Of a stretch of DNA of 64,000 nt, positions 1 through 13,146 are shown piece after piece. The notes under the pieces were generated by a model. That model made no database searches and had not been told where the DNA came from. It worked only from the letters and a program-made list of their open reading frames with translations. Source of the stretch: the human T2T-CHM13v2.0 reference genome, Homo sapiens; NCBI RefSeq assembly GCF_009914755.1, contig NC_060933.1. The stretch is one strand, 5' to 3'. Within the stretch, counting starts at the first letter, position 1. The number at the start of each line of letters is the position of its first letter. Made by a program: the position numbers and the translations under genes.

Positions 1-469
1 TCTTTTATGCCTCCATAGCAATTTAGCAGTTGTAGAATTCAAATATGTTATTCCATGATTTTGAGAACCAGGTTCCCACAAGATGGAATAAAGTTTTAAT
101 TCATTAAATGTACTTTATGGTAGACTAGGGGTTCAACACTGGAAATCAGACAGCTTGCTGCCCTTAAAATGCTTACAGACTATTGAGAGAAAGGATGATT
201 ACAGTATAGTGTGAGAAGGACTATAGAAGTCCCCTGAGGAAAATGCATGCGTATCGGGAAAGATTACTACCTCCTATACAATCAACCTCACATTGGAGTC
301 TGTTACAAAGCTCCACTGAGATACATACTTACTGGTCCCACCTGGATGGCAGGGGCAAATTATAAAATGAAAAACACATTGAAAGAGTTAAGCCTTGGGT
401 AAGGTATGATTTTGCTCTTATAATGTTGACTCTCGGTTGACTTTTGACTGGTGGTTGCCTATTCCAGTG

Positions 470-1170
470 ATCATTCATTGATACAACTATTTACTGATTC
501 CCAACAGTATAAAAGGCACTATATTCAAGACTAAAAATAAGGCCAAAAAAAAAAAGACAGGGTATATCTCTGCCTTTGGAAAGTCACAGAAAGAACAAAC
601 AATCAGGAAATTAAAAAGATGTGACAAGCGTTGCAATGAGAAAGTAGAGATTATGTTTAGATATTTATGTCTCAGGGGAGACAGAAGTTGAAAACTGACC
701 TTGAGTTGGTAAGGTGGGGAAATCTTTCCAGGCCTGAAGGGTCAAGAGGGAATAACTAACACAAGAGAGGAGTGAGAAGTCCTGGGACGGTGATTTGGCC
801 AGAGGACACAGCACAGGAAAAGATCCAGAGGAAAAACTATAATCATGGAATTTCTCAAATAGAAATTCTCAGAGGAAAAGCAGATGACAGGTTCAGGGAT
901 CTGAGAAACCTTTATGATGAACATGAAGAAAAAGTAAGTGCTGAGATTGAAGAGGTGGACAGAGACCAATGAGTGATAGACCCTCAGAAGCTAGGTAAAT
1001 TGGGTTTCACAGTTTTGGCTTATATTGTGGCAGTAAACAGAGAGATATCAGAACTCATTTAAGGTATTTTAAGCAATGAAGTGTTATAAGAGTTACATTC
1101 AAGAAAAAAAAAATCACTTAAATTGCCATTTGAGAAATTCAATGTGGGGAGGACCAGATTAGGGAAGGGA
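470..1170 (-). mobile_element. Degraded L2 LINE fragment
   Basis: Reverse 3'-end-like tcattcattg...tatttactga followed by purine-rich L2-like sequence. Confidence 0.4.
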
Positions 1171-1180
1171 GGAGCTAAAC

Positions 1181-2000
1181 CAGTCTTCTCAGCAGGGTTC
1201 ATATACCGCATGGGGTTGGTGTGCTGGGACATAAGTGAAAGCTAGGGATACACATGGTGCAGTTTCAAGAGGTGAACATTTTACTTACAATTTGGGATAA
1301 AATAAGTTTTATGTTCTGTATGCTTCAAAGGTTTCACCCCATACATGTGCAAACAAAGCTAGCAGAACCTTGCTTTTCTCAGGCAACCAAGGTCATGGTT
1401 TTATCATGAAAGCCAAAAAAGTAAAAATAATTTATTTGTAGCAACAGATTAGAAAATATGGCACTTGTGTCTAGTCTCTGAGGCTTCACACACAAAAACT
1501 TAAAAGCAAAGATGATAGCCCTTCTCAGCCACAATTAGCAACTCAGTATAAGCAGCAGTCATCAATGTAAAAAAAAATATGATATACTTAGATGTTTATT
1601 TAAAGTATGGGCTTTTTTATTGGAGAGATGCAAATTAGTCTAAATTTCAGTATCTTTTGTGTGAAAAAAGAAACTGAACAATTACTGCATGAAACTCTTC
1701 TTTCAACAACATTTAAAAGCCAATCATGCAAATTTTAAGCGAAAATCATCAGAAGTTTTAGAGCTAAAAAAGAAATGACTAAGAGCAAAACAATGAAAAG
1801 AACAATCAAACAAGCAAATGAAAAGTTCTTGGATTCTGCCTTCCAGATCCGTTTCAAAACCCTTTTGGAAGAAAATCTCATGTTTAGAAGTACATTTAGA
1901 AAAGTGCTGTGCTATAGATGTGGCCAAATCTGTTTGAGTCAAGAGAGGGCAGTCAAACAGTTCCCTTAGACATCTCACCAGCCAACACATTTTAAAATAT
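1181..2000 (+). mobile_element. Ancient hAT-Charlie-type DNA transposon remnant (N-terminal BED-like transposase region)
   Basis: Manual translation of ~1585-1775 gives YLDVYLKYG...LNNYCMKLFFQQHLKANHANFKRKSSEVLELKKK, resembling the Charlie/Buster motif Y..SYL.FGF...L.NE.MKP.KL.RHL.T.H. A CAGT..TTCTCA-like terminus is near 1181. Confidence 0.5.
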
Positions 2001-2110
2001 TTTAAACTTAAAGACAATTTAAGAGACTGAGGTAAAACTACTTATTTTAACAACTGGTTGCAAGCATATATCATCATGATTTGGCTATATTATTGGCCTG
2101 GAAGGCCAAA

Positions 2111-2673
2111 TATATTAAAAGTCTGCAGAAAAAAACAAAACCAATAAGGGATCTGGAGGAGAAGGAGGAGGGTTGGTATGGGTGTGTGTATGCAAATACA
2201 TATATAATTTATAATAAAGAATTGACTCACACGAAGCTGGCAAGTCCCAAGATTACAGAGTGAGTGGACAAGATAGAAACCCAAGAGAGCCAGCCCGAGT
2301 ACAAAAGCTTAAGAACCAAGAGAGTTAAGGGTGTAGTCTCAGTTGAAAGGCTGGCAGGCTCAAGACCCAGCAAGAGCCAAGGTTTCAGTTTGAGTCCAAA
2401 GGCAAGAAGAAAGCTGGTGTTCCAATTTGAAGGCAATCAGGAAGGAAAAATTATTTCTACTCTGGGGACAGTCAGACTTTTGTTATATCAAGCCTTCATC
2501 TGATTAGAGGAGCCCACCCATATCATGGAGGCCAATCTGCCTCATTCAGTCTATTGATTTAAATGTTAATCTCATCCAAAAGCATCCCCATAGAAACACC
2601 TAGAATAAAGCATGGTCAAATATCTGGGCACCCCATGGCCCAGTCAAATTGACAGATAAAATTAACCATTGCA
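2111..2673 (-). mobile_element. MLT2B-type ERVL solo LTR
   Basis: Typical end ...atatctgggcaccccatggcccagtcaaattgacagataaaattaaccattgca and MLT2B internal motifs. Confidence 0.8.
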
Positions 2674-3164
2674 CTGAGTAATCTGATAAGTACTATTCAG
2701 TAATTAGTAGTGTAAAGACATTTCTCTCTATTTGAAAGATAGAGAAAAATACATTTCTCTCTATTTGAGTGAGTTTTCTAATAAGAGTTTTAAATTATAT
2801 GTAGAAGATTTCTGGATTAATAGAGGGAAATTAGTTTAGATTTTTGATGTTTCTTTAGCTGAAAGTTATCCCAGGACACGGAGTGTCATCAACATGGGTC
2901 TCAAAATTAGCTCTTGTTGCTCCTTCACTTTCTTACCTTTAGAATTATAAAGACATCTGAACATTAAATATACAAAACAGATACACACAAACCTTGACAA
3001 CCAAATCATTTAACAATTCTAAACATAAAGCTAAGTATTTGTTTCTTTTTTACTCATTTGCTTCCCTTAAAAAGCACTCCGAAAATTAGTGTTATGATAG
3101 AAGTAACTAAAACAGGGAGCTGGGACTATGATAAAGGTAAGCTACACCCAGGGACCCAGGGTAG

Positions 3165-3507
<343 letters not shown>

Positions 3508-4529
3508 GGATGGGGAATATTTCAGTATAAGAAAACTTAATTCTGAAAGGAGAGAATAAGAGACATGATAAAAGTGACAGAATTACCAATGTGTATGACA
3601 AAAAGTATTAAATGATTTGGATACATAGAGGATATTTTGGTTATTTTTTTACCTATGTAATTTTTTTTGTATTTAGGAGGCTTAAGGAAGAAAGCACTAA
3701 AAAGCTCAGTGTTGGCATGGCTCTGAGAACCTCCCTACAGAGTTGAATAGACACATATTTTGAAACAGTTGGGACACGGCATTTCTATTAGTTTCTTTTA
3801 TTCACAGTATAGGCCTATTTTCTTCTTTTAAGCTGGTGTGTCAAAGGACTCTTGAGCAATTGAATCTTGTAGGCCCGGGTGATTTTTGGTCATTTGCCAC
3901 ATGTCACTCCTTTCTCAACCGTAAACCAACACTACAGAATTACAGCTAGAAGAATATGGTACCCAGGGATTTGGACAGTTCCATTCCAATAAATGATTTA
4001 TATAATTAAAAACAAGGATAGGGAAGAGGGAACAAAACAGTGAAATACCGTACAGTTCTGGATCACAAAAGTTTTGAATACCTTCTACTTTGTAATATTT
4101 CCATTAAAGACTAGTGGGAGCCTGCCTTCAGTGCCTCACCTGAGAAAAGAAAAAGCTGTAATTAGTTTGCCTGCAGACAAACCCTTTTTTATTATATCCT
4201 GCTTTACCTAAAACAGAAAGAAGTCTTCTTTGTTCATATGTAATATCTGATTATGAACTGCACTATGCTGTCTTTGTAAAGATATCACTCACAAAAACGT
4301 ACGTTCCTAAATGGCAGAGAGCATTTCCAGCTGCTCGAAATAGATCTGGCACATAGTATAAACTCAAAAAAAATTTACTAATTTAATGTTGAATGCTTTC
4401 TGTGAAAGGGAATTTTAGTTCCATAATTAGCTACATTTACAGGAATTGAAATAGTAGCAAACAGAAACAGAAATAGAGGGCTAGAACTCTAATAAATGGC
4501 AATGGGGGACAGATTTGGAGTGTCATTTG

Positions 4530-4900
4530 CACTGAACATTCTGCTTGCACCCTTCCTGATCTACTCTCTACCCTAATATACCCTGATATATCTTCCAGGA
4601 GGTTGAGTGTCCCCTTTTCCTCTGTTTCCTATTGGGTTCTGCCAATGTGTGGGCCAGATGAAGATTAGAAGGCAAAAACAAGAAGCTGACACTTTTGTTT
4701 CATTGGCTTTTTGCTTTCCAGGCTCAATCTCAGCCATTTAACTAGCAAAGTACTCATCTTCAAGGGCGCTGACTCTCCTACAGCTAAAGTTCTCACCCAA
4801 TCCAAAGATAGAGCCTAAGCCTTTGCCATCACTTGTGAATTTCCTTTTACCCTTCCCACACACATCTTTGTCAATTGTTTTGGGTATGCCATCTTCCTAT
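4530..4900. mobile_element. Degraded ERVL LTR (LTR33-like)
   Basis: ttcctattgggttctgccaatg...gaagattagaaggc motif resembles LTR33. Confidence 0.35.
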
Positions 4901-6099
4901 GAGGACCCTAATCCATACAGCTTTGGATGTTGTGAGGTTTGGACTCAATTCTGTAGGAAAGAAGAATCAGTAGCTTTTCAAATATCGAGACATTCATACA
5001 CCTCGAAATATTAGCAGCACAAAACAACCTAGTACACTGCAAGGTGCTTAGGAAGAGAGTCCTTATTAGAAGCCATAATCAGTGCTTAAAAGAATGCATG
5101 ATATACATGGCCCAAGATACATATTAGTTAAATAAAATAATAAGTTAACCTTGAAAATAATTGATTAAATCTGTGAAGCCTACAGCTTAAACTTCAAGCA
5201 AGTACAAAGAGAGTACATTTTCTAGAAGAATCTCTAGTTATTTTGGAATGGAGGAGTAACAAAACAGGTAGACTACAGAGGAATTCTGTAAGCTTAAAGC
5301 AGGCAGTCTAAATGAGGAATTCCCCGAGACAGCAGGACCTGAGCAGGGTCTCTTTGGCCATTAGGTGTTGTGCCAGCTTTTATTCCCAGCTGTCTTACTG
5401 TGACCACAGATAATTCCTTCTGAGTGATTAAGTAAGTACATTAGTGTAGAGCCGCAGTGAACAATTATTGCTTTACAATCCATAAGGACAGACCTGGAAT
5501 CGAACACAGAGCCAAGGCATCACTTGCCTCACCCTGCAGATGCCACTCTGATATCAAAAAATGGTTGACTTCATTAAGCTTTCCAAGTATAGAGCCTATG
5601 CGGATATTTTTAGAATTAGGAAGCCTGCAAGACAAGATGCCAAGCAGAACTAAGAAGGTGAGGGGGAAAATACAAAGGAGAAATTGAACAAAGAAAGATG
5701 CTGTTGGATTTCTTGAGCAAGTTCTTTTACTTCCCTTTTGTGGCCAAATTTCCTAGGATGAGGACTTTTTTTTTTTTTCCACCTCGAAATGACCTTTATT
5801 ATTATTTGTGAGAGACTGTATAAATAAAACTTGTCTGTTACAAAAAATATGGGAAATGCAGTTAGAGCAGATAGGTAGACTACTATGTGGGAATATGTAA
5901 ATTCTGCAACTGAATTTTATAAGTGAATTAATGTTTCTACAAAGGGTTAAACTAGGCTAACCAAGAACAAAGTGATCCGTCTAGGGGCTTAATTGGTACA
6001 GAGTGATAAATTACATCTGCATAGATACTCATCTAATTCTAATTATGACCTGTAAGGTAAGTATCATTATCTCCAAATGAGTAATGTAAGAGTGCATAT

Positions 6100-6320
6100 G
6101 AAAGCTATCATATACTGATGGTGTACTGTGTTCTAGGCATGTGCAAGCATTCTAATACACGAATTCATTTAAACCTCAAAATATCTCTGTAGAATTAGAT
6201 TTTACTGGCCCTATTATTGTAGGTGAGAAAACTGACATCTATTCCACTTCCCAGGATAACATAACCTATACATGTCAGAGATGGAATTTTAACCTCATCT
6301 TTGAACTACAGATTCTCCAG
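6100..6320 (-). mobile_element. MIR SINE
   Basis: Core motif ...ttattgtaggtgagaaaactga...cttcccaggataacata...ggaattttaacc. Confidence 0.65.
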
Positions 6321-7821
6321 GGTTTCCACTATTCCATACTGTCATATGATTTTCTATCGGAAATACTGCCAGGTATTCTTAAAATTGGTGTTGCACACCA
6401 CCAAGAGACTCCCCGCCTTTATGCTCTTCCACATGTCTTCTACTAGCAAAGATGGGAGAGAGACTCTCCTCTTGAATTTATGCATTAATTGCATGCTCGT
6501 ATTAATGATTAGTGGAATAGTTCAGAATTATAAAATATACTTTGTGCTCTTCAACCCACCCTATGCTAGAGTAGAGGAACACTCTATAGAGAAAATAGTG
6601 CAGTATTATTTTCTTTAAAATATAGTAGCCACATTTGGATTCAAGGGACCAAAAACAGTGAGTTATCAAGTTTTCTGAGTTGAAAATGGAAGTGCAGAAC
6701 TTGTGAACTGTTGTATTTGGAAACATATTTGAAAAAGCTGCAAAATCATGAAGCCATTCAAAATACTATAAACCAGAGGGATAAATGAATGTACCATTAT
6801 CTGCTGGTTTATCTATTTTATCCACTTCAGAGTATCTTAATTCTCATGTTCCAGGACTGCTGAATATGTTTAATTCTGCCAAATTATTTCATAACATAGA
6901 AATGATAAGAATAAAACATATATGAATTAGCAGATTTAGAATATGTTAAGTAGGGTATTGGAGTGGTTATAGACTCGGTGAACAATACTAGGAGCATAAG
7001 ACACGGGAGAAGTGGTTATCAAATTCTAAATATTTAATATTTCATTTCTTCAGTGAAATCAACCATTCCACAAATGAATGATAGCCTAATTGTTGCTGGA
7101 GTTCAATTCTCGGATTTAAAACTCACAAGAGTGTAACTCTCAGCAAGTTATTTATCCTTTCTAATTCTCCGTTCCCACATGTGTAGTGATGAAAACAAAA
7201 ATCTGTTGTAAGGCTCAACAGAGTTAATGCCCTTAAGCACTTAGAGGAAGAGTTCAATTGATGTTTGCTCTTTGTATTAGAGCCTGAAAATTACTGTTCC
7301 CAAAATTTGCCTTCAAGAGAGCATCTACTAACAATAGGCTAAGAGTTGTGATACTGTGGCTAGGATCAAAGCTAGGAACACTCTGAATAGCATTAATTCT
7401 TTGATGACTTTTCTACTAACAAGACTCCTTTACATACCTTCAAACTATGATAATATATTTTGTGTTTATATAACAATTACATGTTTCAAACGCAATTGTA
7501 TTTATTTCTGCATTTGGTTTGACAATCAACACTTAGCTTCATGGATACTGCACTGTTTCTGTGGCCAGTGCTGCCACTACAATCTTAAGCTTTAAGTCCT
7601 TCCAGAAGAGACCAGGAGACCACCCACGTTTACCCAAGGCATGAGATTGAAACATTAAGTTTGAATTTGGAGAATCAATGAATTATACATGGTGACATCT
7701 GCTTTGTGCCCCTCAGCACCTATATAAAATATTTGCAGGACTATGTGGTAACTCCCAAGGGGTTCCTAATTGTATATTTGAAATTAATATTCATATCATT
7801 ATATAACTTGAAAATAAATTA

Positions 7822-8121
7822 CAGTTATCCTTTGGTTCCTATAAGATATTGGCTCTAGGACCCCTGTGAATACAAAAATCCATGATACTCAAATCCTTTA
7901 TACAAAATGGTGTAGTATTTTCATATAATCCACACACATCCTCCTGTATACTTTAAATCATCTCTAGATTACTTATAGTACCTAATACAATGTAAATGCT
8001 AAGTAAATATTTGTTATGTTGTATTTTTTATGTGTATTATATTTTATTGTTGTGTTGTTATTTCTTATTGGGTTTTCTTTTGGAATATTTTTGATCCATG
8101 GTTTGGTGAGGGTGTTACTGT
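7822..8121. mobile_element. MER2 (TcMar-Tigger) non-autonomous element
   Basis: ta|cagttatcc...ggacccctgtgaatacaaaaatccatgatactcaaatcctttatacaaaatggtgtagtattt...actgt. Confidence 0.8.
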
Positions 8122-8259
8122 GGAGGTTCAGCTTTTCAGCGTTTTACATTTATATTGTCAACTTTAGTTTATGTTTTATGAACTTCCTCTTCACTTTCTT
8201 TGATCATTTTTATGGGACTATTCAATATTTCCTTGCCAATTGTGTAATATCTCATTATA

Positions 8260-8680
8260 CAGTTAACTCTTGGACAACACAAGGAATAGAGGTATGAACC
8301 CCTGATCAGTCAAAAATTTGTGTATAGCATTTGACTCCTTTATAACTTAATTACTAACAGCCTACTGTTTGACAGGAAGCATTACCGATAAACAGCCAAT
8401 TCACACATGTTTTGTATGTTATGTGTATTATGTACTATATTCTTACAGTAAAATAAGCTAGACAAAAGAAAATGTTGTTAAGAAAATCATAAGAAAGAGA
8501 AAATATACTTACTGCTTATTAAGTAAAAATGGATCATTATAAAGTCTTCGTCTTTGTGCCTTCATGTTGAGTAGGAGCAGAAGGAAGAGCAAGGGCTGAT
8601 CTTGCTGTTTCAGAGGTAGCAGAGGCAGAAAAAAATCAGGTGGACCTTTGCAGTTCAAACTGTTGTTCAACTGTCAGTTA
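8260..8680. mobile_element. Tigger2a (MER28) DNA transposon
   Basis: Terminus ta|cagttaactcttggacaacac, internal ttactaacagcctactgtttgacaggaagc, and opposite end gcagttcaaactgttgttcaa. Confidence 0.8.
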
Positions 8681-10402
8681 AGAATATTCACATAATACTA
8701 GTTTTTTAAATCACTTCTTTGTTGGAAATACTAACATAAGAATTATTACAATAAAGAACAAAAGAAAACACTAAAGCATAAAGCTCTTAAAAAAATTAGC
8801 CTTTTTATTACTTTTAAATATTATCTCTAAAATGCTAAGTACAAACCAAATTTAGACTTATAAAACTCATGTGTATTAGTCTTTAAATCTTATAGAGTTT
8901 TTAGCCTATTTGTAAGTATTATCTCATTAGGGAAATGCAAAACTTCAGAGGCATCCACAAAAATTTATATGAAGAAGAGCTTTAAAATTGTAAAATTGTA
9001 AAGTTTTCACATTACTTTAAAATAGCCCGCTTTTGCAGTTAGAAGCTTGAGTGAGTTTTCACTGATTCGAGTTTAGAACCTCTTAAAAAATGTAATGAAC
9101 CAAAACAGTTGTTCTAATATTAAACACCCTCAGTAAATCTTAAAGAAGTTTAGTATTGAACCAGAATTTTTTTTCTAAGTTAAAACAACCATTCATTTTA
9201 ATACATGTTAAGGGGTTTTGAAACATTTTGGCAAAATAGGATTTATTCTTTTTTTCCTCAGGGTTACCAAAAAAACTCCAAAAACATAAACAAACAAATG
9301 AACAAAAAATTTAACTTATAAAGAGAACACTTGGCTTTTATATTTTAAAACAAATCACTTAGTAATTGTGCTACTACTCTTGAAAGACTTCTGTTAGTGG
9401 ATTTTTTGTAGGCTTTAGGTCAGTGCTATTAGTGACAGTTGTATACACCTTTATTTCTCCATTACCAGAAACACCTGTGTTTATGTGTTTATTATCCCAT
9501 GGAGTCCCTTAAAGCTTAGAAGTATTCATCTTTGTATCCCCAGAGCCAGCACAGTGCTTGGTCCATTATAGATGCTAAATAATATTTTATGGAACTAAGT
9601 AATGGTGAAAACACACACAAGATCCACAGCATAAATTTACCACCTTCCCTCTGATTAAGGGCAGAAAAAAAATCAAAAATGTTTAGCCTGCATTTTCACA
9701 ATTGGGATTCTGTAGAATAATATTGATGGAGATTTTTATAGATCTTCACACAGTCAGGGGAAAAAACCCACCTACTTGGAGAACATTGCTTCCTTTTGGA
9801 GAGGCATAATACACCTATGAAGAAATATTAAGCATAATAAAAGATACTGTTTCATACATGCCTCTTCCAGTTTCTAAAATAAAGAGACAATAAGTTGCCT
9901 GATTTGTTAATTTTAAAAACTGCAAGAAAATATAGCCTTATGAAAAAGGAACAGAGTTACAAGTTGGAAGTCAATCAAGAGAAGTATAGGCTAAAAAACA
10001 AAATGAGCTCATTATAATAATAAAAGTTTAAAATACAAGGAACCCCAAATTCAAGAACGAAATATCAATTTGTGATGGAGTGTAATCAGTAGGAAAATTG
10101 AATTGCAGAAAACAAAATCAGTAACATGATGAACAGACTTGAGAAACCCCAAGAACATAAAGTAAAAAGATAGAGAAAAATGATACAATTTGATAAATAT
10201 TTTGATTTAATTTATAAATTAAATGTGCTATTCTTAAAAACACAATAAATTTAATTTAAAAAAAAAGCAAATCCAGGATCTAATACAAATATTTCTGGGA
10301 AAAAATGGATAAGAAACTGGAGACTATACATTAAATAACTTACCAACTTATGTAAAAAATACATGAAAAAAATACCACAGTTAGATTTATCCTGGGTTTG
10401 GG

Positions 10403-10700
10403 TATTTTTAACTTTTTATTTTGGAAATGTTCAAACATATAAAAGAAAAAAGAAAAGAATATAATGAACCTCTAAGTATACATCACCCAGCTTCAGCAAT
10501 TATAAACATCACGTTAGCACTTGTTTCATTATAGCTTTTTTTTTTTTCAGAGAGGGGGAGGAATTATTATGTCCCTTATGAATGCTGAAGACACAACTTT
10601 AACAAATAAAAAGGTATTTTTCATATAACCACCATAAAGCTAGCACACCTAACAACTTAATATTAATAGTAAATTCAACTTCCCTTTGGCAGGATCATAA
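10403..10700 (-). mobile_element. Old L1M (L1MC-like) 3' end
   Basis: actttttattttggaaatgttcaaacata...ataatgaacc...catcacccagcttcagcaat. Confidence 0.55.
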
Positions 10701-11509
10701 AACCACAAAGAGGTTAGAGCTAAAAAGGAAAAGTCTAACTGACTATAGCTCAAATACCTTATCTTTGCAAAAGCAAACAAAACAAAGCAAACAAAAACAG
10801 ACTCTTAAAGCCCATCTCAAAGTCTTGGAAGGGGCCCTGAATCCCATTTCTTTAGCTTCATGATAAATTTACCTCTGACTGGAATGTGCCACTCTTAGCA
10901 TCCTGTTAAGAGGCAACAGGATTCCACAGGTTATCAGACTTCATGACATACCAAGAGAGGCTGGACCCTAAGCAGAGAGCAGAAAATACATTTGTTTTGT
11001 TGCTGCTTGTTCCTCAATATCTAGGAGGGTGCTTGATATTGAAAGGGTACTTAATAAATATAAAATGAATGAATAAGGACAGTAGAATCTCCTTAGACTC
11101 AACAAAACATGTGCATGCCTCAAACATATTAGAACTACTGAACCTCAAGTAATAACACTAGGAGAAACAAGGGGCTTTTCAGCCAAAACCAATATGGGCC
11201 AAGTCCTAAAAAGCAGAGGGGCTTGCTCTAATTCTTTGGCACAGCATAGGACCTAGAATAAAATCTTAATATAATGCCGGAAGGGTTCAGCCTAAATCAT
11301 GAATCAGACTGAATTTCTGGCTGGCAAGACAAGATGAGGATTTAAATTGTAATTACTTAAATGGAAATGAAACAAATATTTTCCTTGCACAATTGAAGAT
11401 TCTATGAAAACTTATAATTGCTACATTTATGTTGCGTGTTTAGATATGTTTGGCATCGGTCCCAGCATAATTCCAATTAATCTTATAATGACCTTTTGAG
11501 TCTGTAGTA

Positions 11510-11670
11510 CCTAGGGGTTAGAAGCTCAGATTTCGGTTTCAGACAGACGTAATTTCAAATACTAGCTCTTCCATTTGTTAACACACACCCTGAGCATTCA
11601 CAACATTCATAACAGCTATAATCTTCAGTTTCCTCACCTGCAAAATATGAGTATTGTTTCATAGATAGCA
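11510..11670 (+). mobile_element. MIR SINE
   Basis: ttcaaatactagctcttccattt...cttcagtttcctcacctgcaaaat core. Confidence 0.65.
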
Positions 11671-13146
11671 CACAGCAAATTTCATTTATTAGCTAAGGTT
11701 ATCTATATCTACATAAATAAATATTTATAAGTATGATACAGAATGTAACTTACCAAACAAACAGAGGTAATAAATGTTGAGAAAAGAATTTAAGAATAGG
11801 TGTGTTCTGGCCCTACAGCTAGGTCTCTAGCCACTAGAAATGACTCAATCTTAACAGTTGCCATCTTAAGACATCTAAACACTTGCCATTATTTGATATT
11901 TCTAATTCTCTGATTTTCTTTTAAGGTCCTATTATTATATAATTTTTTTCAAATACAACCACTGAGGTAAATGTTGTTGCAGTCCAAATTTCCAAAGACA
12001 TGACTCTTTCTTTTTATTTTTCATCCAAATGTTGAGTATTTCGTCTCAGTTGTTTCTCTTTCTAATTGCTTTAGGAGATAACATCATTGTGAATAGATTT
12101 TCTGGAAATCAAGATTGGAGAATAGAGCTGTTCAACCATGTTTCTCATGCTCAATATACGCTGTCTTAGTTGATTTTTCCATGAAGCATTCACCACATTG
12201 GCTTCTGCCTTACCTTATCCTTCTCAGATCAAGTTTCAAAAAAGATTAAACTGAAATGATCTCTTCTGAGCATTTTATTTCAGCACCTAAGGTAGCTTGG
12301 CATTTCTTAATAGATTAGGTACAAGTTTTAATGTATCTCCATAAAAGTGCTATCTTCCAGTTAACTGTACCTTCAGAAATACTCCCTAGGCCTTTTAGCA
12401 ATCCTCATAGTTTATCTGGTAAAGCAGCTGGCTGAGAGGACAAAACTGTTTTCTAAGAAAATAATCAGACCCACTAAAGTATTTAATAGCAAGCAAATGG
12501 TTCCTATAAACCACATTCAAGCATCCTTTGCAGTCCTCAATAATATATTAAAATGTGCATACTTTTCTGAACCAGTTTGATGCCCCTTACACTGTGTATA
12601 CACAAAAGAACATATTTGGAATCCTATCAGGTAATACAGAATCAGAGGTCCCAAATGAAACCTAACATATCAGTATTTAAATAAATGAAGCCCAGGCTCT
12701 TTGTAATATTTTATGCATAAATTATTAAGCCTTTCTCTAAGCCAGAGGGAAATTTTCAAATGTTAATTATATGTTTTCTCTTGGATCTTATTTTGCCAAT
12801 CATAGTGTCTAAGGTTTCTCTCTCATTCTTTACCATATAATCATTCTGGATTCCTTCACTCTCTTTTAACTTTTGTCACGCATCTCGGATCTATTTAATA
12901 TTTTTCTTGTTTTCTGCTTCCCCCTTAACCAAAAATTAAGCTCCGTGAAAGAGCAGGAAATCTGTCTTGTTGCTGCTTTTTAATCCATATCTAAGACACT
13001 AACTCATATTTATATGATACTTAATAAACATTAAATGAACAAGTAAACATAGGTCCTCTAACTCTAAATCCCTGTGAATGAAGGTCAGGTTGTTTCAATA
13101 AGACCTTAATAGTCAGTGATCATGACCATTTTAACACCAATTCATT

